Source of the DNA: Granulicella sp.
GTDB taxonomy: Bacteria > Acidobacteriota > Terriglobia > Terriglobales > Acidobacteriaceae
Direction of reading: 5' to 3'
DNA: 46,533 bases
Assembly (NCBI GenBank): GCA_027339965.1
Contig: DAHWNL010000031.1
Location: 1 to 46,533 of the forward strand
Shown here: piece by piece, positions 29,196-38,689 of the stretch
Numbering within the stretch: position 1 is the first letter of the stretch
Layout: each line of letters begins with the position of its first letter
Translations under genes and position numbers: made by a program
The notes under the pieces: model-generated
Seen by the model: only the letters and a program-made list of their open reading frames with translations
Databases searched by the model: none
What the model was told of the DNA's origin: nothing

Positions 29196-29674
29196 GAGCT
29201 TGTGGTCCGGTTGCGGGTCGAGGCGGCGGGCTGAGCCGATGCGGCTTTCATCAGGTGCGCCGGCCGCGCTGCCTCCGTTAGGCCATGCGGCCGGCCGGGG
29301 CGGGCTGTAGGTTCACAATGGGCCGCAACGTCGGCGAACAGAGCGCCGACGGCGCGCTGCAACTGGACAAAATCCAGATTGATGACGCAGCGACGGGGAT
29401 GTAAAACGACGTCCACCGCCGCGGTCAGCCGAGGCAGCGCACTGCGAATGGCGGCGCGCATGCGGCGCTTGATCCGGTTGCGATCGACGGCCTTGCCGAG
29501 CGCCTTCGGAACGGTGAGGCCGATGCGCGGGCCGGTCGCCACCGCCTGCCGATCGCCCTGCCGCAGCCAATAAAAACAGGTGATTTGTTTGCCCAACTGG
29601 CGGCGTCCGGATTGATAGACGTGTTGGTAGTCGGCGTGTTTGGTCAGGCGGTGCGAGTTGGGCGCGATGGGCAT
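29192..29674 (-). CDS. rnpA: Ribonuclease P protein component
   Basis: [20 protein letters not shown] and RNR motif [13 protein letters not shown]; start codon uncertain. Confidence 0.92.
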   Translation of the reverse strand: MPIAPNSHRLTKHADYQHVYQSGRRQLGKQITCFYWLRQGDRQAVATGPRIGLTVPKALGKAVDRNRIKRRMRAAIRSALPRLTAAVDVVLHPRRCVINLDFVQLQRAVGALFADVAAHCEPTARPGRPHGLTEAARPAHLMKAASAQPAASTRNRTTSS

Positions 29675-30018
29675 GGAGACAGGCTCGGCTTCCGCAAGAC
29701 CAGACGAAGCCGGGCCGAGGAAAAGCGATTGGCTGTGCGGAGGGGCTGCCCTGACTGCGTCCTCGGCAAGGCATCCGGAAAGTCCGGGGAGGACAGCGAA
29801 GTCCGGCAAGTACAAGAGAGCAGGAACTCCGACAGATCGGAAGCAATTCAGAAGATCCGCGAAGCGCGAGATCTGAGGGGCCTGGGAGGCTGCTTTTGAG
29901 CCCGGATGCAGGACCCTTCGCGAGCCTGGTCTTCGCCCGGTCGAGGCGCAGGCTTCCTGGCATGAGGGCCCTGGCAGCGCCGGCCGGCTGCCGCCACCCC
30001 TCGACTAGCAGCAAGCTG

Positions 30019-30174
30019 CTAGTCGCGATAGCCCGCGGAGACGGCGATCTTGTGGCGGCCCTTGGCGCGGCGCCGGCTGAGCACGGCGGCTCCGGCCTTG
30101 CTGGCCATGCGAGAGAGGAAGCCGTGGACCTTGCTACGGCGGCGGCGATTGGGCTGAAACGTGCGCTTGGGCAT
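30019..30174 (-). CDS. rpmH: 50S ribosomal protein L34
   Basis: [41 protein letters not shown]. Confidence 0.97.
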   Translation of the reverse strand: MPKRTFQPNRRRRSKVHGFLSRMASKAGAAVLSRRRAKGRHKIAVSAGYRD

Positions 30175-30942
30175 CGACTTATATCCTGTTGCAAAAGATG
30201 TACGCCTAGCCGGTGATCCAACGCGGCAGGCTGGAGGCCGGAGAGGGCTTGTTGCGAAGCTCTTGGCCCCGAAGTTGTCCCGGGACTGTTCCGGACCGGG
30301 CAGCGGATGGGGCGTTGGACCCCGCATGGAGCTGCCTCCGAGCCGCTGAAGAATCTGCTTGCGGGGGAGGGCGCGGGCGGTAGGAACCCACCCCGGAGAT
30401 CTTCTCCAGAAGTGGCCCAGAAGCCGGGTAGAATCCAATTTCCGAGTATACCTGAGGGGAGAAAAACCGGCAACGACATCGAGACGAGCGGTGGGTGCAA
30501 GGCGCCGAGGAGATCGGTCAGTGAAGCCCATTTCAGGATTCTTCACAGTGCATGGTGCAACTGGCGGGAAGTTTCCGAATTTGGCGAAATTCGCTTGCCA
30601 GCGATGCCCGGTTGGCATGCTAGTATCGAATCCGTTCTGTGATATTGAACGAGACTCGCGGTTGATCTTTTCTCTGGCGAGCCGGCAGTGACGACACTCG
30701 TCCGGCGCAAAGCAAAGCGTCGGACTTCAACAGCATTGCCAGTGGTACAGAGTTCGCGAGAGCCTCGCGGATCAGGATCTCCGTTGTCTGTTTGGCGTGC
30801 GATTTGGCTTTTTCCGGGTCAGGTTGTTGCAGTTCCCTTGTACGGTTTGCCGAATGGCTGTTTTCATCTTCCGTCTGAATCGCCGGCGAACGAAGGTTGT
30901 TCGGGGGTAGAGTTGGGCGGAGGCAAGAGAGAGTAATCGACG

Positions 30943-32355
30943 ATGTCCTATGTTCCAGTGCCGGCGGCTGTGCTGAACCAATGGGTTCGGATTCTGGGCG
31001 CGCTTGAGAAAAAGATCAATCGCCAAAGCTTTGAGACCTGGCTCAAGCCAACTCGCTTCTCCCATGTCAACGGGCGCGTTCTGCATGTGAGGATTCCCTC
31101 CGAGGAGTTTCAGCATATTGGGGATCGCTACGGCGATCTGATCAGTGAAGCGATTGACAATCTGGGTCTGGAGATCGATCAAGTGGTCTTCCAGGTGCCT
31201 CCGCAGGAGGCGCCGGCGCGGGTGCGGGAGGATGGCGGGTTTGCTCCCCAGCCCAGTCACAGCCTGAACGCTCCACGCCGCGGCAACGGAGCCGCCATGC
31301 CTGCCGGGCCGGAGCAGGCGCGTTTTGACTGGAATACGGCTGCTCAACTCAACCCGCGTTACCAGTTTGACTCCTTTGTGGTGGGCAGCGGCAATCAGTT
31401 TGCTCAGGCCGCGGCGCAGGCCGTGGCGGAGCGCCCTTCCAAGGCGTATAACCCGCTGTTTCTCTACGGCGGCGTGGGCCTGGGCAAGACGCACCTGATG
31501 CAGGCCATCGGACACCTGATCAAGGCTCGCAACGCGATCGCCTCCGTGAGCTACGTCTCCGGTGAGAAGTTCACCAACGAGATGATCAACTCGGTGCGCT
31601 ATGACAAGATGACCGGCTTTCGCGACCGTTACCGGTCGGTGGATGTGCTGCTGATTGACGACATTCAATTTCTGGCCGGCAAGGAGCGCACCCAGGAGGA
31701 GTTCTTCCACACCTTCAATGCGCTGCATGAGCAGAGCAAGCAGATCGTGGTGGCCAGCGATCGCTCCCCCAAGGAGCTGAATGACTTTGAGGACCGGCTG
31801 CGCTCCCGCTTTGAGTGGGGCCTGGTGGTGGACATCCAGCCGCCCGATCTGGAGACCAAGGTGGCGATTCTGCAGCGCAAGGCGGAGCTGGAACAGACGG
31901 CGCTGCCTACCGACGTCGCTCTGTTCATCGCCGGCAATGTGCGCACCAACGTGCGCGAGCTGGAGGGAGCTCTGGTGCGGTTGATCGCCTGGTGCTCGCT
32001 GCATGGAGTGGAGATCACCCTGCCCACGGCGCAGCAGTGCCTGAAGCAGTTCATCGATACCCAGGTGCGCAAGATCACCATCGAGGCCATTCAGCGCGCC
32101 GTGGCCGAGTGCTTTGGCATGCGGGTGGCGGAGCTGAAGCAGAAGAACAACTCGCGGCAGATCGTGGTGCCGCGGCAGATTGCCATGTATCTGGCCAAAC
32201 AGTTGACGGAGGCCAGCCTGCCCGAGATCGGGCGTCAGTTCGGCGGTAAGCACCACACCACGGTGATGCATTCCATCGCCAAGATCGATGGTCAGCGCCG
32301 CACCGACAAGGATCTGAACCGCACCGTAAACAAGCTGATGGAGACGCTGGGGTAG
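30943..32355 (+). CDS. dnaA: Chromosomal replication initiator DnaA
   Basis: YNPLFLYGGVGLGKTHL, IDDIQF, QEEFFHTFN, RLRSRFEWG and FGGKHHTTVMH. Confidence 0.98.
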   Translation: MSYVPVPAAVLNQWVRILGALEKKINRQSFETWLKPTRFSHVNGRVLHVRIPSEEFQHIGDRYGDLISEAIDNLGLEIDQVVFQVPPQEAPARVREDGGFAPQPSHSLNAPRRGNGAAMPAGPEQARFDWNTAAQLNPRYQFDSFVVGSGNQFAQAAAQAVAERPSKAYNPLFLYGGVGLGKTHLMQAIGHLIKARNAIASVSYVSGEKFTNEMINSVRYDKMTGFRDRYRSVDVLLIDDIQFLAGKERTQEEFFHTFNALHEQSKQIVVASDRSPKELNDFEDRLRSRFEWGLVVDIQPPDLETKVAILQRKAELEQTALPTDVALFIAGNVRTNVRELEGALVRLIAWCSLHGVEITLPTAQQCLKQFIDTQVRKITIEAIQRAVAECFGMRVAELKQKNNSRQIVVPRQIAMYLAKQLTEASLPEIGRQFGGKHHTTVMHSIAKIDGQRRTDKDLNRTVNKLMETLG

Positions 32356-32453
32356 AAGTGCGGCGGAGAGGTTTCCGGACGAAGGGCCGCCGGCTGGGGC
32401 GGCCTTTGCCATGGAAGCTCGAGTGCCGTCGCTGGAGCCGCAGGCCCGCCAAC

Positions 32454-32505
32454 AGACGGCGCCAGAGACGGCGCCAGAGACACAGCGCCAAAGACACGGT
32501 GCCAG
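32454..32505. repeat. Degenerate 12-14-bp tandem repeat (AGACGGCGCCAG-like x4)
   Basis: AGACGGCGCCAG, AGACGGCGCCAG, AGACACAGCGCCAA, AGACACGGTGCCAG in succession. Confidence 0.8.
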
Positions 32506-32548
32506 ACGATTGGCCCCGAGGGGTTCCCACAGCGAGTCCCCGACCGAG

Positions 32549-33457
32549 TTACAGCGTCAGCACGATCTTGCCGGCGCCGCCGCGCTCGCCCTGAATGTGG
32601 GCCTCGGCAGCCTGGGCCAGGGGCAGGACCAGGCCCAGGGGGAGCTGCAGCCGGCCCTCGCCAATGGCCTCCGCATAGTGCAGCATCGCCTGGGGGTCCG
32701 GTTGTGAGCCGAAAGACTCGATGCGCACCGAGGGATAGGCTTCTGCGCCGCGGGGTGGTCCCACGATGCTGGCGTAGACCCCTCCCGGTTTGATGTGCGG
32801 CAGGAGCCGAGGGCCGAGCTCGCCTCCGACGCAGTCGGCGACGGCATCGACCGGCTCAAGCGCGGCCAGATCCTGTTCCCGAGCGAGATCCAGGGCCTGG
32901 TGAGCGCCCAGCGCCAGCACCTGGCCGATGTGGCTGGAGCGCACGCCGGCGACGACCCGAGCGCCCAGCTCCAGGGCGCAGAACATCGCCAGGCGGCCCA
33001 CGCTGCCCAGAGCGCCGGTGAGCAGGATGGTCTGTCCCTTGTGCGCCTGAACGGCCCTGCGGATCAACTGGTCGGCGGTGGTGCTGATGACCGGAAGGGC
33101 GGCGGCGGTGGTGAAGTCCACGCCGGAAGGAACTCTGGCCAGGCCGGAGACGTCGCCGGCCACGTACTCGGCGTAGGCCGCCGAGGCGCGCCCGAAGACG
33201 CGGTCTGCGGGGGCAAAGCCGGTCACGCCAGAGCCGCAGGAGAGCACCACTCCGGCAAGATCAAAGCCGAGGATGGCGGGGAAGTGGACCGGGAAGAGAT
33301 CCCGCGTCTGGCCGGAGCGCATCTTCCAGTCGATGGGATTGACGCCGGCGGCGCGCACCGCGATGAGCACCTGGCCGGGGCCGGCCGTGGGCGCGGGAAC
33401 ATCCTTGAGCCGCAGGTTCGAGGGCGGACCATAAGCATCCAGGACGACGGCTTTCAT
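32549..33457 (-). CDS. NADP-dependent oxidoreductase, zinc-independent MDR/quinone reductase family
   Basis: MKAVVLDAYG, AAGVNPIDWK, ILGFDLAGVV, TGALGSVG, GKIVL; GGAGG RBS. Confidence 0.92.
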   Translation of the reverse strand: MKAVVLDAYGPPSNLRLKDVPAPTAGPGQVLIAVRAAGVNPIDWKMRSGQTRDLFPVHFPAILGFDLAGVVLSCGSGVTGFAPADRVFGRASAAYAEYVAGDVSGLARVPSGVDFTTAAALPVISTTADQLIRRAVQAHKGQTILLTGALGSVGRLAMFCALELGARVVAGVRSSHIGQVLALGAHQALDLAREQDLAALEPVDAVADCVGGELGPRLLPHIKPGGVYASIVGPPRGAEAYPSVRIESFGSQPDPQAMLHYAEAIGEGRLQLPLGLVLPLAQAAEAHIQGERGGAGKIVLTL

Positions 33458-33543
33458 AAGGGCAACCTCCACCGTGATGATATGCCCGCGGGGCGGCTCG
33501 GGTGAGGCTCCAAGCCCTGGAGAGCCCCGCCGGGGCGGATCGG

Positions 33544-33583
33544 GGTGGCGAAGATCGGTCAAGGTGGCGAAGATCGGTCAAGG
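33544..33583. repeat. Perfect 19-bp tandem duplication GGTGGCGAAGATCGGTCAA x2
   Basis: Read directly from the sequence, upstream of the oxidoreductase. Confidence 0.9.
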
Positions 33584-33745
33584 GTTGCGGGATCCGTCAG
33601 GCGACGTTTGAAGGAGACGTTCCCATCGGGGTCCACGCACCTGGCAGAGCGAAGGCGATGCCTGGACCCGGTTCCCGGCGGCAGATTGGGTGAGTGAGGG
33701 CAAAGGGTCTTCGAGGCCGGCCGTTGAAGTCAGCGGACAGCGATA

Positions 33746-34543
33746 TCACCCATTCAACGCGCCAACGAGGACTTTGGGTCCGGTAGGCTGCGGCATGCCC
33801 CCGTGCGGCTCCAAGGTTACCGCAAATGCCTTGGCTGCAAGCCCTGGCGCAAGATGCACGACGACGGCCTGATTGGATTGATTGGCAGCCACCAGCCCCG
33901 CACTTACCGGAGCGCCGGAGGAAGGCACCAGCCAAAGCTGATAGCTTCGATCCGCTGGGGCAGGAGCCACCTCGCCGGAGTAAATGACGACTCCCATGCG
34001 CGCGTTGAACAGGATATGCGCTTGCCCGGGCGGTCCAGTAGGTTGCTGAAGGAGCGCGATCTGCACCGTATCGGGCGCGCCCACCACTGCGTTCACGGTC
34101 CGTATGGTGGCAGCCTCTGCGGATACCTGGGCCTGCGCACTCCGGAGCTGCCCTTGCAACGCCGCAATCTCCTGTTGGCGCAGGTGGTCCAGCTTCCACA
34201 GCCGACTCACGGCCAAGGCGAGCAGGAGCGCCGCGAAGGCGGACGCCAGCGAAAGCCGAAGCCTCCAGGGTGTTCTTCGCGGCTGCTCCCGGAGGACTTG
34301 CTGTACAGGTTCAGCCCTGTCCGCGCGGACGCGCTGCATCAGGGCCTGCTTGACCGAAGGAGGGGGCGCAAGAGGAGCCTCCGAGAGACCCAGCAGCATG
34401 GTGAGCCTCTGGGCCTCGCGAAGCTCACGCCGGCATTCGGCACACGACTGGACGTGAGCTTCAAGAGAAGCTTTGTCCTGGCCGTCCAACGCACCCAAGG
34501 CGTAGAGGTCAACGTCTTCCGGATTGAGGTGCCGCTCTGTCAT
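33746..34543 (-). CDS. Anti-sigma factor, RskA family
   Basis: LYALGAL..HVQSCAEC zinc-finger-like N-terminus, one TM, YQLWLVP and FAVTLEP.GG..QPTG RskA C-domain; ATGA overlap with the sigma gene. Confidence 0.88.
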   Translation of the reverse strand: MTERHLNPEDVDLYALGALDGQDKASLEAHVQSCAECRRELREAQRLTMLLGLSEAPLAPPPSVKQALMQRVRADRAEPVQQVLREQPRRTPWRLRLSLASAFAALLLALAVSRLWKLDHLRQQEIAALQGQLRSAQAQVSAEAATIRTVNAVVGAPDTVQIALLQQPTGPPGQAHILFNARMGVVIYSGEVAPAPADRSYQLWLVPSSGAPVSAGLVAANQSNQAVVVHLAPGLAAKAFAVTLEPHGGMPQPTGPKVLVGALNG

Positions 34544-35097
34544 ATCAATATCTGCTTCAGCGACTGCATCGCGGTTCGAACTCTGGTCTTCACCGTCCCC
34601 AGGGGGCTGCCGGTCCGGGAAGCAATCTCACTTTGTGTCAATCCTTCAAAATACGCCAGCTCCACTGCCTGCCTTTGTTCCGCCGGCAGCGCGAGCAGCG
34701 CGGTGGTCAATCGTTGTCTCAGCTCCATTCGCGAAACCTCTTCTTCTATGTTCTGAGGGGAGAGAAAGGTATCCGCAAAGAGGCCCTCCGTTTCTTCCAG
34801 CAACTCGCGGCTGGCGCGTCCGCGGAGCCGGGAGATCGCTCGATTTCGCCCGCTCACCAGCAGCCAGGCAGGGAGGGAACCCCGGCTTGGATCAAACCGA
34901 GCGGCGTTTCGCCACAGTTGCAGAAACAGATCCTGCAACACCTCTTCGGCTGCTTGCTGGTCCCGAAGAATCCGCAAGAGCGCTCCAAAGAGCATCGCCG
35001 AGTACCGATCGTAGATCGTGGAAAGAGCGGCTTCATCGCCGGACAGCATTCTCTCCATGAGAACGGAATCGGGTACGGGCTGCGTGGGGGCAGTCAC
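34540..35097 (-). CDS. ECF RNA polymerase sigma factor (SigK-like)
   Basis: AEEVLQDLFLQLW (region 2) and AYFEGLTQSEIA..PLGTVKTRVR (region 4); GTG start with GGGAG RBS. Confidence 0.93.
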   Translation of the reverse strand: MTAPTQPVPDSVLMERMLSGDEAALSTIYDRYSAMLFGALLRILRDQQAAEEVLQDLFLQLWRNAARFDPSRGSLPAWLLVSGRNRAISRLRGRASRELLEETEGLFADTFLSPQNIEEEVSRMELRQRLTTALLALPAEQRQAVELAYFEGLTQSEIASRTGSPLGTVKTRVRTAMQSLKQILI

Positions 35098-35124
35098 GAG
35101 GCGATACTCCCGTTCTGTTGTAGA

Positions 35125-35150
35125 TACGCAGGGAATGAGTTCAATGGATG
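35125..35150 (-). promoter_or_regulatory. Putative ECF autoregulatory promoter CATCC-N17-CGTA
   Basis: Located upstream of the sigma gene; the same motif and spacing occur on the opposite strand. Confidence 0.65.
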
Positions 35151-35234
35151 TAGATCCAGGCAAGTCTTCTGCCGCATTTATACCACTTCGCGCCGGCTGC
35201 GGGTGGCTGGTGTTGGCGCGATTTGATTTCCAGA

Positions 35235-35262
35235 CCAATCCGAAGGGCGTCTCACGCGCGTA
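35235..35262 (+). promoter_or_regulatory. Putative ECF target promoter CCAATCC-N17-CGTA
   Basis: Located upstream of the ferritin-like gene; matches the sigma-gene promoter. Confidence 0.65.
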
Positions 35263-35327
35263 CCCCAGGTGAGAAACCAAAACCGTCTCCCCTCCTTGCC
35301 GGAAGGGAGCGAACATGAGGAGCTGGA

Positions 35328-36320
35328 ATGCAAAAAGAAAATTTCATCCGGAATCTTGCCATCGACAAAGGCGTCAATCGTCGTTCTTTCCTCACCGGAG
35401 CAACCATGTTCGGGCTGGGCGCTGTATCGACGGCCATCGTCGAAGGCTGCTCGGGAGGCTCGCTCATGAGCACGACGCCGGTATCGGCCGCGGCCTCTAC
35501 GGATTCGGCAGCGAACATTCTCACCGCCGCCCTGATTGCGGAGAGCCTGGCCATCACCACCTATTACACGGCGCTTTCCACACAAGCGGTGATCACGGAT
35601 CCGAATCTCGCCGGATCTGGAGGAACCGCCGTGAACGTGAGCGCGAGCGGGAATCAGGTCAATGTCGCCTACCTCCAGGGAGCGCTGCTGGAAGAGGTTT
35701 CCCATGCGCAGACCTTGCGTTCTCTGCTCGGCCTGGCAGTCGATGGCAGTGCGGACGCCAGCGCCGGCGTTCCACAGAAGTTCTATTTCCCCAACGGAAC
35801 CTTTGCTTCGCTCTCCGGCTTTCTCCCCGTGCTGATCGCGCTGGAAACAGCCTTCATCGGCGCGTACATGACGGCGGTGGAAGAGTTCGCTTCGATGGCC
35901 GCCGGCTTCAACGGCTTCAGCTCGACCCAGGCGAATCCGGCCTCGAGCGGAATGAATCTGACCCAGGCGGATCTCGTTCTCTATGCGAAGGTAGCCTCGT
36001 CGATCCTCGGCGTCGAGTCAGAGCATCGCGCTCTGGTGCGCGCCATACCCGCGGTGACCCTGGGCTCTCCCAACTATGCCAACATCAACCTGATTCCCGC
36101 CAACAACGTCAACTACGAAAGTTCCGCCGGCTTCACGGGCCTGCTCACCAGCGTGAGCGGGGACAACAGCACGACGGCCGCAGCCGCTTTGGGACCTTTC
36201 ATCTCGGCAGGGCAAAATCCGGTTGCGGTGACAAGCGTAGCTGCGCAGTCCAGCTTCTCTTCCGTTGTTTCAGCATCGGTGGCGGCCAACGTGTCGGGAT
36301 CGATCCCGGCGGCGGAGTAA
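35328..36320 (+). CDS. Tat-exported ferritin-like (Ferritin_2-type) protein, probable lipoprotein
   Basis: NRRSFL twin-arginine motif and a lipobox-like VEGC. Di-iron-type ligands in AES, EEVSH, LET and ESEH. GAGGAG RBS. Confidence 0.8.
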   Translation: MQKENFIRNLAIDKGVNRRSFLTGATMFGLGAVSTAIVEGCSGGSLMSTTPVSAAASTDSAANILTAALIAESLAITTYYTALSTQAVITDPNLAGSGGTAVNVSASGNQVNVAYLQGALLEEVSHAQTLRSLLGLAVDGSADASAGVPQKFYFPNGTFASLSGFLPVLIALETAFIGAYMTAVEEFASMAAGFNGFSSTQANPASSGMNLTQADLVLYAKVASSILGVESEHRALVRAIPAVTLGSPNYANINLIPANNVNYESSAGFTGLLTSVSGDNSTTAAAALGPFISAGQNPVAVTSVAAQSSFSSVVSASVAANVSGSIPAAE

Positions 36321-36537
36321 GCCGCAGGGTTTCGGCCTCAACGAGACAGGGAGAGCCGAAAACCGGATCGCAGCTTCCAAGTTGAGGCGCGCCGCGGCCG
36401 AGATGTGCCGCGGCAGCTTCCTTATTTCTGCAGCCGGCATGTCCTGGGGAGACCTGCCAAGATGCGGCAAGACGCAGCCAGACGGCTGACGAGATCAACG
36501 CGCCGCGTTGTCTGCGCACGCCAGATGCGAAAGAAGG

Positions 36538-38589
36538 CTATGGCAGCGGTGTCCAGAGCAACTCCGTGGCGTATTCGCGGACCAGCCGAGTGGCGCATTC
36601 CAGAAACTGCTCCAGGGAGAGGCTGCCCCGATCGCCCTGGCCGCGCACCCGCACGCTGACCGTGCCGGTGGTTGCTTCCTTGTCGCCGAGCACCAGGATG
36701 AGGGGTGCCTTTTGCAGGCCGAAGTCGCGGATCTTGGCGTTCATCTTCTGGTTGCTGCGGTCGGCTTCGACGCGCAGTCCGGCGGCCTGCAGGCGTTGCT
36801 CGACGCTGTTCGCGTAGGCATGGTGCTTCTCGCTGATGGGCACCAGGCCCACTTGCAGGGGCGCCAGCCATAGGGGGAAGGCGCCGGCGTAGTGTTCGAT
36901 GAGCACCCCGAAGAATCGCTCCACGGAGCCAAAGAGCGCGCGGTGCACCATGACCGGCTGATGCGCCGCTCCATCCTCTCCGATGTACTCCAGTTCGAAG
37001 CGCTGGGGCAGGTTGAAGTCGAACTGCACGGTGCTGAGCTGCCACAGGCGGCCGAGGACGTCGACCAGCTTGACGTCGATCTTGGGGCCATAGAAGGCGG
37101 CCTCGCCGGGGAAGGTCTGGAAGCTGAGGCCGCGCGCGGTGAGCACGCTTTTGAGGGCGCCTTCGGCGTGGGCCCAGTCGGAGTCGCTGCCCACGAACTC
37201 GCCGGCCTTTTGGGGGTCGCGGGTGGAGAGTTCGACGCGGTACTCCTGGAAGCCGAAGGTCTTGAGCACGGAGTCGGCGAAGTCCAGGCAGGCCTCGATC
37301 TCGCCGCCGATCTGTTGCGGGGTACAGAAGATGTGGGCGTCGTCCTGGGTGAAGCCGCGCACTCGCAGCAGGCCGTGCATGGTGCCGCTGCGCTCATAAC
37401 GATAGACGTTGCCCAGCTCGGCGTAGCGCTGGGGCAGGTCGCGATAGCTCTTGGGCGAGTTCTTGTAGATGAGGATGTGGCCGGGGCAGTTCATGGGCTT
37501 GAGCCGGTACTCGGCGTCATCCAGCTCCATGGGCGGATACATGTTGTCGGCGTAGTAGCCCTCGTGGCCGCTGATCTTCCATAGCTCCCGGCGCATGATA
37601 TGCGGGGTGAAGACCATCTGGTAACCGCGGCGCATGCACTCCTGACGCATCCAGTCTTCCATGAGCTTGCGGATCAACCCGCCTTTGGGGTGCCAGAAGA
37701 TGAGGCCGGCGCCGGCCACCTCCTGAATGCTGAACAGATCCAGTTGCTTGCCCAGGACACGGTGATCGCGGGCCTTGATCTCCTCCAGGCGCTTGAAGTG
37801 CGCCTCCAGGTCTTTGGCGTGGAAGAAAGCTGTGCCGTAGATGCGCTGCAGTTGCTGGTTCTTCTCATCGCCCAGCCAGTAGGCTCCGGCGATGGAGGTG
37901 ATCTTGAAAGCCTTGACCCGGCCGGTGGAGGGAAGGTGAGGCCCGCGGCAGAAGTCGGTAAAGCCGCCGTTGCGATAGAGAGAGATCTCATCGCCATCCT
38001 TAGTGAAGCGCTGGATGAAGTGCACCTTCATGAACTCTCCGCGAGCGGCGTACTCAGCCAGAACCTGCTGGCGCGGCTGGAAGATCTGGACGAAGGGTTC
38101 GTCCCGCCGGACCACCTCCGCCATGCGCTGCTCCACGGCGGCCAGGTCGGCCTCGCTGAAAGGAGTCTCGCGGTAGACGTCATAGAAGAAGCCGTTCTCC
38201 GTGGCTGGACCGTGGCCCAGCTTAGTCTCGGGAAACAGCTCCAGCAAGGCGGTAGCCATGATGTGCGCCGCCGAGTGACGCGCCACCGGCAGCGCCTCCG
38301 GATCGCTCTCCTTGAGCAGCTCCAGGGCAAGGTCTTCCCGCAGGGGCGCATGCAGCCCGATGATACGTTCCGCGGCGGAGCTTGGGCCCGAGTACATCGC
38401 CTCTTCCGAGAGCTCCAAGGCCGCCTGGTTGGTGTTGGCGGCTGCCCAGGTGATGGGCCGCACCTTGGCGACCACCACGGCCGCGGCCAGCCGCGGCGAG
38501 ATGCTTTGGGCGATCTCCAGAGGAGTGGTTCCGGGTGGAACCTCGCGCACAGAGCCGTCAGGAAGCTGAATCTTGATGGGGTTGCTCAC
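36538..38589 (-). CDS. thrS: Threonine--tRNA ligase
   Basis: TGS domain, RHSAAH, DFCRGPH, LKPMNCPGH, RVRGFTQDDAH, GSVERF. Confidence 0.97.
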   Translation of the reverse strand: MSNPIKIQLPDGSVREVPPGTTPLEIAQSISPRLAAAVVVAKVRPITWAAANTNQAALELSEEAMYSGPSSAAERIIGLHAPLREDLALELLKESDPEALPVARHSAAHIMATALLELFPETKLGHGPATENGFFYDVYRETPFSEADLAAVEQRMAEVVRRDEPFVQIFQPRQQVLAEYAARGEFMKVHFIQRFTKDGDEISLYRNGGFTDFCRGPHLPSTGRVKAFKITSIAGAYWLGDEKNQQLQRIYGTAFFHAKDLEAHFKRLEEIKARDHRVLGKQLDLFSIQEVAGAGLIFWHPKGGLIRKLMEDWMRQECMRRGYQMVFTPHIMRRELWKISGHEGYYADNMYPPMELDDAEYRLKPMNCPGHILIYKNSPKSYRDLPQRYAELGNVYRYERSGTMHGLLRVRGFTQDDAHIFCTPQQIGGEIEACLDFADSVLKTFGFQEYRVELSTRDPQKAGEFVGSDSDWAHAEGALKSVLTARGLSFQTFPGEAAFYGPKIDVKLVDVLGRLWQLSTVQFDFNLPQRFELEYIGEDGAAHQPVMVHRALFGSVERFFGVLIEHYAGAFPLWLAPLQVGLVPISEKHHAYANSVEQRLQAAGLRVEADRSNQKMNAKIRDFGLQKAPLILVLGDKEATTGTVSVRVRGQGDRGSLSLEQFLECATRLVREYATELLWTPLP

Positions 38590-38689
38590 TCTTCAAGGAT
38601 AGAGCATGGCGCCCGGCGGAGGTGGGATTTCGATACAATGGCGAAGGCTTCTGGCGGCGGCCGCCGGAGGCAGGAAGCGAGCTGAGGCC

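Noticed and set aside
29770..29810. GGAAAGTCCGGG resembling the RNase P RNA P4 motif near rnpA
   Set aside because: The other universally conserved rnpB segments were not found nearby; probably chance.
30175..30942. rpmH-dnaA spacer as the main oriC
   Set aside because: Only isolated weak DnaA-box-like 9-mers and no box-trio-AT-rich unit were seen. It could still be an accessory part of a bipartite origin.
32454..33583. Short repeats as a possible CRISPR array
   Set aside because: The units are 12-19 bp, directly tandem with no spacers, and there are no cas genes.
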